DNA from: Thermoproteota archaeon
Lineage (GTDB): Archaea; Thermoproteota; EX4484-205; JAAOZP01
Length of the DNA: 64,000 nucleotides
NCBI GenBank assembly: GCA_038867695.1
Contig: JAWBXT010000001.1
Coordinates: 169-64,168, forward strand
Reading direction: 5' to 3'
Shown: positions 29,163-38,925 of the stretch, in pieces
Layout: every line of letters starts with the position of its first letter
Position numbering within the stretch: position 1 is the stretch's first letter
Notes under the pieces: generated by a model
What the model saw: only the letters and a program-made list of their open reading frames with translations
Databases searched by the model: none
Told to the model about the DNA's origin: nothing
Made by a program: the position numbers and the translations under genes

Positions 29163-29867
29163 CTACTTCGCCTTCTCGTAATATTTCTTTACTTCTTCAT
29201 AACTTAGAACTCTAAACTTCTTATCGTCAGTCCTAATTATTCCAATTCTAAGCCTGTCCGGAGCTACTTCTTCTTTCAAAACTTCAATGCTCCCTCTGAT
29301 CCCCATTATTATCGCCTCATCCAAGTTCGCATTAATCGAATAGTTGTTTCTAAAGTACTTTAATATATCTTCCCTTCCCACGCCAATTGCCGAAGCGAAG
29401 TACTTGAAGTATATTCCGGTAGGATCCAACTGGTAAAGGCTTGCTCCAAGCATGTCAACACCGCCTATAAGCATTGAAATACCGAAGGGCCTCATCCCAG
29501 CGTGCTGAGTATAGGCCTGTACGGTATTGCTTAGCTTCCTCACAAGATACTCTACATCCATGGGCTCATCGTACAGAAGCCTGTTTATCTGCGCCTCGTT
29601 CCTAGCATACTCTACTAGGAGCCTAGCGTCAGAGTTAAATCCTGCAACCACCGTAGCTATGTGTTCATCTATTTGGAAAAGCTTCTGACTGAAAGTCCTG
29701 TCCTGAAGCATATCTATCCTTTTCTCTATACCAGCAAGTACAATGCCCTCTTCAACCTGTATACCCCATGCTGTAGGGCTGTTATTAACCATCACCATCG
29801 CATAGTCTACTTGAAGGATTCTTCCATCAGGCGAAAAACCGTATATTCGCTCGTAACCAGGTATCAT
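29163..29867 (-). CDS. psmA: proteasome subunit alpha
   Basis: YERIYGFSPDGRILQVDYA N-terminal signature with the 20S alpha fold. Confidence 0.85.
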   Translation of the reverse strand: MIPGYERIYGFSPDGRILQVDYAMVMVNNSPTAWGIQVEEGIVLAGIEKRIDMLQDRTFSQKLFQIDEHIATVVAGFNSDARLLVEYARNEAQINRLLYDEPMDVEYLVRKLSNTVQAYTQHAGMRPFGISMLIGGVDMLGASLYQLDPTGIYFKYFASAIGVGREDILKYFRNNYSINANLDEAIIMGIRGSIEVLKEEVAPDRLRIGIIRTDDKKFRVLSYEEVKKYYEKAK

Positions 29868-29875
29868 GATCCTTT

Positions 29876-30202
29876 CTAAATATAATCTGAAGCCTTATAA
29901 TCTTTGCCCTGCCGGATTTCTGGAGTGCAGAATTTACTAACAGCTTTTCTTAAAGTACCGGAGACGCCTCTTATCTTAAGTCTAAGAAGAGGGTGATTTC
30001 TGGTAAGACTTTCCAAAGTCATCCTAAGAATCGGAACAGCCTTATGCGGACATTTTACGACAATAACCTTATTATAATTACGGACTATCTTAAAACTGAA
30101 ACTTGGCTGCATATTTTGAGCGTTTCTAAGAGTCTTAATTAGCGCTTCATAATCATTTGTCTCGAAAACCACATACCTCGTCTTATACTCTTTTACTGGC
30201 AT
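29876..30202 (-). CDS. RNase P protein component Pop5 (Rpp14-like)
   Basis: 108-aa protein with a TRYVVFE-type N-terminus, first gene of the exosome superoperon. Confidence 0.5.
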   Translation of the reverse strand: MPVKEYKTRYVVFETNDYEALIKTLRNAQNMQPSFSFKIVRNYNKVIVVKCPHKAVPILRMTLESLTRNHPLLRLKIRGVSGTLRKAVSKFCTPEIRQGKDYKASDYI

Positions 30203-30279
30203 TTCTCCTTTCCACTACTCTTGCTAGGAGATAAACCTATATAGTGAGTAGGGGAACTGATGCTGAGTAAAAGAGAGAA

Positions 30280-32733
30280 ATGGAAGCGAGGAAGGGACTG
30301 CTACTAGTCTCCGTCTCCTATGATGGAAGCAGTAGGAGGGTTTTGCTTAAGCTTTATGATCCGGAGAATCAGGAGATGATGATTTTCCCGTCTAACGAAA
30401 ACCATCAGCCCTATTTGTTAACCGACCTAAGCATTGAAGAATTGATGAACAATCCGCAGTTAATCAATCATCACGGGTTTGAAAGGATTGAGGAGGTTAA
30501 GAAATATGATCTGCTGGAGGATAGAGAGAAGATCTTTAGGAAAATCATTGCAAAAGACCCTTTGTCGATAGGCGGATCCGCAACGTCCATAAGAGAAATA
30601 CTGGGAAGGGTTTGGGAAGCAGATATTCATTATACTTGGTGTTACATATACGATACAGATAAGAAACCAGGACTCTATTACGATATAATTGACGGTAAGC
30701 TTGTAGAAAGACGTTTAGAAACAGTGCTTGAGGATGTTGTTAAGCCTCCTGAATCCCAGTATCCCGAGATCAGGGAGTTGATTGAAATACTTAATCAACC
30801 AATACCATTCATGAAGCTTTCCTCACTCGATATAGAGGTTAAGCCTCCTGGTCCCAATCATGTTCCTGACGCTAATAAGGCGGAGGATTCGATAATATCC
30901 GTAGCCTTCAAATCAAATACAGGAGATGATAAAGTATATGTCCTCGACGATTTTGATGGAGAGGAGTATGACGGGACTAAGAAAATAATCCATGTTTCAA
31001 GCGAAGTAAACCTTTTGAGAGAAGTCTTTAAGGAACTCAAGAAATATCCGTTTTTGGTAACGTTTAACGGTGACAAATTCGACCTTCTATACCTATACAA
31101 TAGGGCTGGCAAGCTGTCGTTGGACGAAGAAGTGCCACTGGAGAAAGGAAGAGACTACGTCGACCTTGTTAACGGGGTTCACATAGACCTCTATAGGGTT
31201 TTCTTCAACAAGTCGATACAGAACTATGCATATGGAGGAGCCTATAAGGAGGCGACGCTTGATGCTATTGGAAAAGCCTTAATTGGCAAGGGTAAGGTAA
31301 CATTAACTGAAGATATCTCACTTCTGAAGCCTAGAGAGCTTGCGGAGTACTGTTTTAGAGACGCTGAGATAACTTTCGACTTAATTGCTAACAAGGACTA
31401 CCTGCTCCTAAAGCTCCTTGTACTTTTCATGAGGATAAGTAGATTACCTATGGAAGATATTGTTAGACACGGAGTCTCCACATGGATTAAAAGCATGCTT
31501 CTAAGTTTACACAGGAGGAATAACTATCTAATACCTAGGCAGGAGGATATTTTACAGCTTAAAAGCGAAAAGAAGTCTGAAGCTATTATAAAGGGCAAGA
31601 AGTACAGGGGGGCGATAGTACTCGAGCCTAAGCCGGGCTTATATTTTAACCTTGTAATACTCGACTTTGCGTCACTATATCCTAGCATAATAATGAACTT
31701 CAACATAAGCTATGAGACTGTTAGGTGTGGCCATGAAGAGTGTAAAAGCAATACTCCGATGAATTCTCCACATTGGATATGCGTGAAGAAGAGGGGGATA
31801 GAGAGCTCCATAATAGGAGCTTTAAGAGAGCTTCGGGTAAAGTATTATCAGCCTCTTTCTAAGAAGGCGGAAAACCCTGAGAAACGTGCGTTTTATGACG
31901 TTGTGCAGAGGGCGATAAAGGTCTTCATAAATGCCAGCTACGGAGTTATGGGGGCGGACACATTCCATTTCTACGCTCCTTCGGCTGCTGAAACAGTGAC
32001 GTGGATAGGCAGGGGGATATTTACCGAGCTCGTTGAAACAGCAAATAGTCTTGGCATAGAAGTTGTTTATGGAGATACCGATTCGATATTCCTCAGAAAC
32101 CCTAGGTCTCAGGAAGTGGAGAAACTCATCGAACTCATAAGGGAGAAGTATAATATTGAGCTTAATATTGATAAGGTTTACAGATACGGAGTCTTCAGTC
32201 AACGCAAGAAGAACTACCTTGGAGTTACTGAGGACGGTAACGTGGACATAAAGGGCCTTGTTGGAAAGAAGAGTTCAACGCCCAAGTTCGTAAAGCAAGC
32301 ATTCCACGATATGATCAGCATACTTAGCAAAGTTAGAAATGAAAAAGAGTTTAACACGGCCGTTTCAAGCATTAAAAGCATGATAAACGAGTACGTTGAG
32401 AAGCTTGTGAACAAGCAGCTTAGCCTTGAGGAACTTGCTTTCGACGTAATGTTAAGCAAGCCTCTAAATGACTATGAAAAAAGCACGCCGCAGCACGTTA
32501 AGGCAGCGAAACAACTTGAAAGAGAATTGGGGGTTAAGGCTAGGGCTGGCGACATAATATCTTACGTTAAGGTTAAGAATGGCGTAAAACCCGTTAAACT
32601 GGCCCGGATAGAAGAGATAGACCTTGATAAGTATCTGGAAGTTATGAAAGCTACTTTCGAACAGGTTCTTGACCCCTTGGGAATAGAGATAGAACCCCCA
32701 AGAAGAAGCCTAAAGCTTAAAGACTTCATGTAG
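30280..32733 (+). CDS. polB: DNA polymerase, family B
   Basis: Exo I LDIEV, Pol motif A DFASLYPSII, motif C YGDTDS, and a KxxxNSxYG region. Confidence 0.9.
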   Translation: MEARKGLLLVSVSYDGSSRRVLLKLYDPENQEMMIFPSNENHQPYLLTDLSIEELMNNPQLINHHGFERIEEVKKYDLLEDREKIFRKIIAKDPLSIGGSATSIREILGRVWEADIHYTWCYIYDTDKKPGLYYDIIDGKLVERRLETVLEDVVKPPESQYPEIRELIEILNQPIPFMKLSSLDIEVKPPGPNHVPDANKAEDSIISVAFKSNTGDDKVYVLDDFDGEEYDGTKKIIHVSSEVNLLREVFKELKKYPFLVTFNGDKFDLLYLYNRAGKLSLDEEVPLEKGRDYVDLVNGVHIDLYRVFFNKSIQNYAYGGAYKEATLDAIGKALIGKGKVTLTEDISLLKPRELAEYCFRDAEITFDLIANKDYLLLKLLVLFMRISRLPMEDIVRHGVSTWIKSMLLSLHRRNNYLIPRQEDILQLKSEKKSEAIIKGKKYRGAIVLEPKPGLYFNLVILDFASLYPSIIMNFNISYETVRCGHEECKSNTPMNSPHWICVKKRGIESSIIGALRELRVKYYQPLSKKAENPEKRAFYDVVQRAIKVFINASYGVMGADTFHFYAPSAAETVTWIGRGIFTELVETANSLGIEVVYGDTDSIFLRNPRSQEVEKLIELIREKYNIELNIDKVYRYGVFSQRKKNYLGVTEDGNVDIKGLVGKKSSTPKFVKQAFHDMISILSKVRNEKEFNTAVSSIKSMINEYVEKLVNKQLSLEELAFDVMLSKPLNDYEKSTPQHVKAAKQLERELGVKARAGDIISYVKVKNGVKPVKLARIEEIDLDKYLEVMKATFEQVLDPLGIEIEPPRRSLKLKDFM

Positions 32734-32756
32734 CAGAAATAAAGGGAAGAGAGATT

Positions 32757-33704
32757 ATGAGCGAGAAACCCAATGTCATAGTCGTTGGAACAGGCGGCTT
32801 TGGGAAGAACCATGTCAGAGTCCTTGCAGAACTTGGAAGCCTTGGAGGAGTATGCGACATAGATAGGGAGAAAGCCCGTACATACGGTAAACTTTACAAT
32901 GTCCCCTGTTACTTTGATGTTTCTGAAATACCGGAATACACTTATAACGGAGCAATTGTTTCAACACCCACTTCAACTCACAAGGAAGTGGCAGTACAAC
33001 TGGCATTAAAAAACGTAAAGCATCTTTTAGTTGAGAAGCCCTTCACTCCTACTTTGAAAGATGCATTTGAGCTTATTGGTTTCTTGAAAAAGAAGAATGT
33101 TAAGATCATGGTTGGGTTTATTGAGAGATTCAATCCTGCTGTAAGAATAGTCAGGAAGTACATTGAAGAAGGGGCTTTAGGCGAGATAATCATGGCCTCA
33201 GCAACGAGAGTAAGAAGATGGCCAGAGAGGATAACCGATTCAGGAGTTCTCTTAGATACTGCAATTCACGACATAGACTTGATGAGATACCTTTTCTCAG
33301 AGAACCCGATTAAAGTGTATGCTAAAATGGGAAGGTCGATGCATAGGATTCATGAGGATTATGCGACAATACTCTTAACTTTCCCAAGTGAGAGAATGGC
33401 CATAATTAAGGCAAACTGGTTAACTCCATACAAGATAAGGAGTATAGAAGTAATAGGATCTGAAGGCATGGTTGAAGCCGACTTAGTTACGCAACAAGTG
33501 ACTCTCAGTTCTAAGGATGATAGAATAACACCTTTTTCCGAGTGGAGCGAGCCCCTTCGCTACGAGTTAAAACATTTCTTAGAGTGCATAGTTAATGATG
33601 CAAACCCCACTCCTGGAGAGGAAGATGCTTTAAAGGCCCTTGAAATAATCGAGGCTAGCATTAGATCCTCTAGAACGGGGAATTCCGTAGAGATAGGTAC
33701 GTAA
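32757..33704 (+). CDS. Gfo/Idh/MocA-family NAD(P)-dependent oxidoreductase
   Basis: N-terminal Rossmann VIVVGTGGFGKNH with a C-terminal alpha/beta domain. Confidence 0.8.
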   Translation: MSEKPNVIVVGTGGFGKNHVRVLAELGSLGGVCDIDREKARTYGKLYNVPCYFDVSEIPEYTYNGAIVSTPTSTHKEVAVQLALKNVKHLLVEKPFTPTLKDAFELIGFLKKKNVKIMVGFIERFNPAVRIVRKYIEEGALGEIIMASATRVRRWPERITDSGVLLDTAIHDIDLMRYLFSENPIKVYAKMGRSMHRIHEDYATILLTFPSERMAIIKANWLTPYKIRSIEVIGSEGMVEADLVTQQVTLSSKDDRITPFSEWSEPLRYELKHFLECIVNDANPTPGEEDALKALEIIEASIRSSRTGNSVEIGT

Positions 33705-33734
33705 CCTTTTTAAAAAAGCTGTTTAAAGAGGAGC

Positions 33735-34133
33735 GTGGCATTGAGCATCGAGGAAAGCGCTGGAAAAGCAGCTTCGATTAAAAAAACTTTTTTGAGAAAG
33801 AGGTTACTCAATTTATTTCCGGGGATAATTCTTGCACTAGCATACTTTTTAACAAGTATTAGCAGGGGAGGGGGGACATACAATCTGATTATCGCAGGAG
33901 CTCTTATAGCGATCTCTCTTTGCATACGGTTGATTTCTGAAACAATGCTTAAGAGAGTTGTAAGATGCATGTTTCTAACAGGATTAGTTATGGGGGTTGC
34001 TGGAATCTCTCCGCCGATATATTTTGCAGTCTCTCAAGGGGTAGTATCCTTAATGGATTTGACGTTTAGCATTATTTGTATAATCCTCACTGTGACAACT
34101 ATTGTTAGGGTAAAGGATTTTAACATACTGTAG
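33735..34133 (+). CDS. hypothetical small membrane protein (3-4 TM)
   Basis: Hydrophobic helices only. Confidence 0.35.
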   Translation: MALSIEESAGKAASIKKTFLRKRLLNLFPGIILALAYFLTSISRGGGTYNLIIAGALIAISLCIRLISETMLKRVVRCMFLTGLVMGVAGISPPIYFAVSQGVVSLMDLTFSIICIILTVTTIVRVKDFNIL

Positions 34134-34189
34134 AGAAAGTAATCATTGAAGCATAGAAAAGTTAATTACCACCTTGATAAATAAAATAG

Positions 34190-34672
34190 ATGTTGAATAA
34201 GGCGAACGTACTGGCAGTTGGTGTACTGTTTATAGCAATAGGCCTGTATCTCCAAACGACGTATAACATTGAAGGGCATCAGATTGGAGAATATTTAAAA
34301 ACGTTGGATGTAAACATATTCACATTGTTGGTAACGATTCTTTTTTGGGGAGGCTTAATAGTTGTAATAATTTCAATAGTAATTAGACCGAAGAGGAGAA
34401 AAATAGTTATTCCTACCGAAGCTGTTGAAGTTCCTCAGAAGGAAGAGGAGGAAGCTACATATGGAGTTGAAGAAGCTGTAGAAGCTGCGAGAGAAGAGGA
34501 ACAGTCCTACGAGGAAGCTATTAAAGAAACCTCAGAAGAGGAGCATTTTAAAGAAGAGGAGGAAGAGAAACCTAAGAAACTAGGCGAAGTAATTGGCTTC
34601 TGCCCGAGGTGTGGATCCCCAGTAACTGAAGGGATAAGATACTGCAGGAAGTGCGGCCTAAAACTGAAGTAG
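34190..34672 (+). CDS. membrane protein with E-rich acidic linker and C-terminal Zn-ribbon
   Basis: Two N-terminal TM helices, an EEE-rich segment, and a C-terminal CPRCGSPVTEGIRYCRKCG. Confidence 0.4.
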   Translation: MLNKANVLAVGVLFIAIGLYLQTTYNIEGHQIGEYLKTLDVNIFTLLVTILFWGGLIVVIISIVIRPKRRKIVIPTEAVEVPQKEEEEATYGVEEAVEAAREEEQSYEEAIKETSEEEHFKEEEEEKPKKLGEVIGFCPRCGSPVTEGIRYCRKCGLKLK

Positions 34673-34734
34673 AAAGTTTGATTCTAAGAGTTAATTTTAT
34701 AAAGGTAAAATAAAGTATCTCTTACAGTCAGAAA

Positions 34735-35796
34735 TTGGGAAGAATAAAGGTAGCGATAGCCGGGGTGGGAAATTGCGCCTCAGCCCTAATTCAGGGAGTC
34801 TATTACTATAGGGAAAGCGGCGAACAAACAGGCTTAGCCCATCCAAATGTGGGCGGATATCTTCCAGGGGACATAGAGTTTGTAGCAGCCTTCGATATCG
34901 ATCGTAGAAAGGTTGGTAAGGATTTGGGTGAAGCAATATTTGAGAAGCCAAATAATACGATCGTGTTTCAAAAGGTTCCGAAGCTCGGTGTGATGGTTAA
35001 GAAAGGCCCCGTTCTTGATGGAGTAGGCCGTTACCTAAGGGAGGTTATAAAGTTCTCTGAGGGTAAGGATATTGATGTCGTTGAAGAATTAAAGTCTTCT
35101 GGTGCAGACATATTAATAAACTATCTTCCCGTGGGAAGCGAGCAAGGCAGTCGCTTCTATGCTCAATCAGCGTTAGAAGCAGGTGTAGCATTCGTAAATG
35201 CTATGCCAACTTTCATAGCATCGTCTGAAGAATGGCAGAAAAAGTTTGAAGAAAAGAGGTTGCCGATAGCGGGCGACGATGTAATGAGCCAGCTTGGTGC
35301 AACTGTTTTACATAAGACGTTGATAAAACTGCTTGTGGACAGGGGTGTTAAGGTGGACGAGTCTTACCAGCTTAACATAGGCGGAGACACGGATTTTCTA
35401 AATATGCTGGAGCAACAGAGACTTGTTTCTAAGAGGGAAAGCAAGACCTCCGCAGTTAGGGCAATGTCCCCCTACGAGATGCCTCTTAGAATAGGCCCCA
35501 GTGATTACATACCATTTCTAGAAAATGAGAAAATATGCTACATATGGATTAAAGGTAGATACTTTGGTGGAGCACCCTTGTCAATAGACCTTAAGCTTTC
35601 AGTAATAGACTCACCGAACAGCGCAGGAGTAATAATAGATGCTTTAAGAGGAGTCAAGGTTGCTCTAGATAGAGGGATTAGCGGACCACTGATAAGCGTA
35701 TCTGCATACTGTTTTAAGCACCCTCCAATCCAGATGCCTTATGAAGAGGCTAAGAGAAGGTTTGAAGAGTTCGTAAGAGGTGAGCGTGAAAGGTAG
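34735..35796 (+). CDS. myo-inositol-1-phosphate synthase (archaeal type)
   Basis: N-terminal NAD-binding GRIKVAIAGVGNCAS. The central region (AGDDVMSQLGATVLHKTL...NIGGDTDFLNMLEQQRLVSKRESKTSAV) matches the MIPS catalytic core. Confidence 0.7.
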   Translation: MGRIKVAIAGVGNCASALIQGVYYYRESGEQTGLAHPNVGGYLPGDIEFVAAFDIDRRKVGKDLGEAIFEKPNNTIVFQKVPKLGVMVKKGPVLDGVGRYLREVIKFSEGKDIDVVEELKSSGADILINYLPVGSEQGSRFYAQSALEAGVAFVNAMPTFIASSEEWQKKFEEKRLPIAGDDVMSQLGATVLHKTLIKLLVDRGVKVDESYQLNIGGDTDFLNMLEQQRLVSKRESKTSAVRAMSPYEMPLRIGPSDYIPFLENEKICYIWIKGRYFGGAPLSIDLKLSVIDSPNSAGVIIDALRGVKVALDRGISGPLISVSAYCFKHPPIQMPYEEAKRRFEEFVRGERER

Positions 35797-35803
35797 CTTC
35801 TGT

Positions 35804-36226
35804 TTAAAAGCTGATCCTAAGCTCTACAATTGCTTCAGAGCCTTCCCTCAACTTTTCAACTATTCTTCGATCTATATCTAAAGCACTCTTATTGCTTCTA
35901 ATCCCCACAGTCTTGTCGCAAATGTATGAGCTTTTCCTAAATACCATTGTACGATCATCCTTAAACGTGAGAGCAGGATTGCCGTAGCAGTAAAATTCGT
36001 CCATAAGGTTTCCAACAATTATTTTAACACTCATCTTAACGTGTTTTCTCGCCGCATTCTTAAAATCATCTGAAAGAGTTCGAGGAGACTTATCTGCGGA
36101 AACTAAGAGGAAACAGTCTCCAGTTTTTCCTACTTCAATATCTCTAGTGATTGCCAACGTAGTTGGATGAGTAGCCCCTATATTCCTATGCCCTCTCCCC
36201 CTGACTGTTTCAATTACCGTGTTCAT
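35804..36226 (-). CDS. DUF371-family protein
   Basis: RGHRNIGATHPTTLAITRD motif recalled as typical of archaeal DUF371. Confidence 0.4.
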   Translation of the reverse strand: MNTVIETVRGRGHRNIGATHPTTLAITRDIEVGKTGDCFLLVSADKSPRTLSDDFKNAARKHVKMSVKIIVGNLMDEFYCYGNPALTFKDDRTMVFRKSSYICDKTVGIRSNKSALDIDRRIVEKLREGSEAIVELRISF

Positions 36227-36278
36227 GTTGGGGGAAATAGTTTTATCTCGGATTTAAGAAATACTGTTAATAGGGATA

Positions 36279-36965
36279 ATGGGAAATAATTTAGATCAGT
36301 ACTTTGAAAAGAGGAAGAGGCTTGTTGAGCAACTTGTTGAAGAAGGGGTGATAAAATCGGAGAAGGTGAAGAATGCTATGCTGAGGGTCCCTAGACACGA
36401 ATTCGTATGGCCAGACCAGCTGAAGCATGCTTACGATGATACTCCACTACCCTTGGGAAAAACAAACCAGACAATATCTGCACCTCACATGGTTGCGTTA
36501 ATGAATGAGCTTCTTGATGTCCAAGTAGGTGATAAAATTCTTGAAGTAGGCACTGGAGGCGGATATCACGCGGCCACCCTTGCTATCCTAACCTGCCCTA
36601 ATCTTGATTCGCTAAGACCCTTAGTCTTCACGATTGAAATAAACCGTGAGTTGGTTGAATTTGCGAGGAAAAACCTCTCAAAGCTTGGATTTGACAGGGT
36701 TGTTAAAGTTATAGAGGGCGATGGGTCTAAAGGTTACTGGGAGGAGGCTCCTTACGATTGTATTTCGGTAACTGCGGCAGCACCAAAAATCCCTCAACCA
36801 CTCGTAGAGCAGTTGAAGCCAAATGGAAGAATGGTAATACCTGTTCAATCAGAGTTTTTTGAGCAGAACCTCTTTCTCGTCAGGAAAGACGAGAAAGGGA
36901 GGATAAGCACGGTTAATATGGGACCAGTAATATTCGTTCCACTTCGTGGAGAATACGGATTCTAA
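36279..36965 (+). CDS. pcm: protein-L-isoaspartate O-methyltransferase
   Basis: SAM-binding motif I LEVGTGGGYHAA, PIMT pre-motif TISAPHM, at PIMT length. Confidence 0.85.
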   Translation: MGNNLDQYFEKRKRLVEQLVEEGVIKSEKVKNAMLRVPRHEFVWPDQLKHAYDDTPLPLGKTNQTISAPHMVALMNELLDVQVGDKILEVGTGGGYHAATLAILTCPNLDSLRPLVFTIEINRELVEFARKNLSKLGFDRVVKVIEGDGSKGYWEEAPYDCISVTAAAPKIPQPLVEQLKPNGRMVIPVQSEFFEQNLFLVRKDEKGRISTVNMGPVIFVPLRGEYGF

Positions 36966-36966
36966 T

Positions 36967-37989
36967 TTAAAACCATTTTGACAAGGCCCCTTCAGCAGGG
37001 CGTTTTTTCTTAACTTCCTCAATGGCCTTAGTAATCCTGTCTAGAGAGAAATCGTGTTCATCATGTAGAAATCTTACAATACCGTCTTCATCTATGTCCC
37101 TCCACTCAAGTTCACCTAATTCCTTGACTTCGGGATGTAGGAAGAACTCCTTAGCATCGTAGTATCTCTTAATCTTCGATAGGTCTTCTCCATACTTCTT
37201 GAAGATGTCTTCTAGACTTAACCCACTTCTAACGAGTTCCAGCGCCCTCTTAGGTCCGATGCCCTTTATTCCCTCAGTGTAATCGGTGCCCACTAGCAGA
37301 GCAATATCTATCAACTGTTCTCTAGTGATTGCCAGCGTCTTCAAAGTTTCGTCAAGGGAAATCTCTTCCGGATTAACTTCCACATACGCTTTCTTGCCTG
37401 GAAGCTTCCTCCTACCCGTTATCGTCAGATTTCTCACAAGCATTTTACCTCCGAAGAGGAGAGAGTCGAAATCTTGACTACCCACATAGTCTGCTACACC
37501 AGTAGCAACCATGTACGCAGCCTGTGCTTCTCCCTCCGAGGGTGCGTGTACGACGGGTATGCCCATTAGTGTAATTAGCTTCTCGGCGGAATCAATAAGG
37601 TACTTATCTAAAGTTGCAGATATCTGAGCATACCTACGAGCCTCCTCGATCCTTCCGGCTGCTAGAGCCTCCTCATATTTCTTAGAAGCTTCCTCACGTA
37701 GCATTCTTCTTCTCTCTGACTCTTCCATCTTAATCTTAGGAGGCTCGCCGTCAAAGACATAGATTGGCTTAAGACCTGCAGATAGAAAGTTGCACGTCCT
37801 ATAAAATATTCCTGAAAGATGACTTGTGACCCTTCCTTTAGAATCCATTAAAGGCCTTCCGTCAGCCCCCCTTATTATTGTCAAAAATTGGTAGAGCGTA
37901 TTATACATATCTATTGCGATCCTCTTGTTTGCAAGGTTTTCAAGCCTTGTCTCCCTAGCCGGGATTATGTCTCCCAGCTGAACGCCCAT
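36967..37989 (-). CDS. fen: flap endonuclease 1
   Basis: XPG-N/XPG-I domains (MGVQLGDIIP..., IAIDMYNTLYQFL, GTDY) and a C-terminal PIP-like tail. Confidence 0.9.
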   Translation of the reverse strand: MGVQLGDIIPARETRLENLANKRIAIDMYNTLYQFLTIIRGADGRPLMDSKGRVTSHLSGIFYRTCNFLSAGLKPIYVFDGEPPKIKMEESERRRMLREEASKKYEEALAAGRIEEARRYAQISATLDKYLIDSAEKLITLMGIPVVHAPSEGEAQAAYMVATGVADYVGSQDFDSLLFGGKMLVRNLTITGRRKLPGKKAYVEVNPEEISLDETLKTLAITREQLIDIALLVGTDYTEGIKGIGPKRALELVRSGLSLEDIFKKYGEDLSKIKRYYDAKEFFLHPEVKELGELEWRDIDEDGIVRFLHDEHDFSLDRITKAIEEVKKKRPAEGALSKWF

Positions 37990-38042
37990 TCTAAATATAT
38001 GTGTCCCAAGATGTTATTAACGGTTTCGGGTTTAGAAGTCGT

Positions 38043-38288
38043 TCACGTACTGTGGTTAACGAGTTCTAATCTCTGGTCTTTCTTCCCTGAAGCAAAGACC
38101 CTGAGTAGGCCTCTTATTTCCATCGTCATCAGTTCCCTCTCAACTTCTGAGATGCTTACTTTCCCCACATCTTTTTCTAAACTTCTTAGCAGTTCTGAGA
38201 GCGTGATGCTTCTCTTCTTCTCGAGGATGTCGAATATATAGTTTCTAAGTGGGATTATCCTCTTGTATTCTTCAGATACTCTAACCAC
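38043..38288 (-). CDS. hypothetical small protein (wHTH-like)
   Basis: 81-aa ORF overlapping the EF-1beta stop by 8 nt. Confidence 0.3.
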   Translation of the reverse strand: MVRVSEEYKRIIPLRNYIFDILEKKRSITLSELLRSLEKDVGKVSISEVERELMTMEIRGLLRVFASGKKDQRLELVNHST

Positions 38289-38568
38289 CCTCTTTCCAGA
38301 CCTCCACTTTCCTAGTTACGTTTATTATTTCCATCTCAGAAACACCGTTGGTCTTTTTAATCTCCTCTTCAATCCTGTCGGAGACACCGTCTACTTCAGG
38401 AGCCTCAACGTTTATTAGAAGAATCTTCATACCAAAGAAGTACTCAGCTACTTGGTGAGCAATTATTTTGCCGCTTTTTAAATTCTCCATCAATTTCTTT
38501 AATAGACTATCTAAATCCGTTGTATTTTCGTCGGGGAAGACCCTCAGAGTGTAAACGATCTGCTTCAT
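38281..38568 (-). CDS. ef1b: translation elongation factor 1-beta
   Basis: 95-aa protein with the aEF-1beta guanine-exchange fold pattern (GMKILLINVEAPEVDG). Confidence 0.7.
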   Translation of the reverse strand: MKQIVYTLRVFPDENTTDLDSLLKKLMENLKSGKIIAHQVAEYFFGMKILLINVEAPEVDGVSDRIEEEIKKTNGVSEMEIINVTRKVEVWKEGG

Positions 38569-38710
38569 TTTTCCTCTCCTCTGCCTCCTATACTCAATTC
38601 AGTTAACTTGGTTTTTAAATGCGACATCCGACAACAAGCCCTCGAAAACCTATATAAAGCTTTTCTCAACTCGGAGGAAGCTTGTTTAAAGAATTAAGTT
38701 TAACTGAATC

Positions 38711-38872
38711 TCAGGGCATTATGTAGCCGCACTTCGGACATTTAACCTCTCTGGCGAACGTTCTACACTTCTCGCAACGCCATATAGTCACTTCACCGCA
38801 GTTAAAGCACGTTAACTTTACATATTTCTCGTAGGGATCTATCGGCCTGTTGCAAGACATGCATACTACCAT
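38711..38872 (-). CDS. small Zn-ribbon protein (53 aa, COG2888-like) conserved next to EF-1beta; not in the supplied ORF track
   Basis: Reverse-complement translation gives MVVCMSCNRPIDPYEKYVKLTCFNCGEVTIWRCEKCRTFAREVKCPKCGYIMP, which has four CxxC pairs. Confidence 0.65.
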   Translation of the reverse strand: MVVCMSCNRPIDPYEKYVKLTCFNCGEVTIWRCEKCRTFAREVKCPKCGYIMP

Positions 38873-38925
38873 TTTGCGCGGTGGATGAGACCAAGCCGTT
38901 AATAAGCTTAGCGGTATGAGAACGG

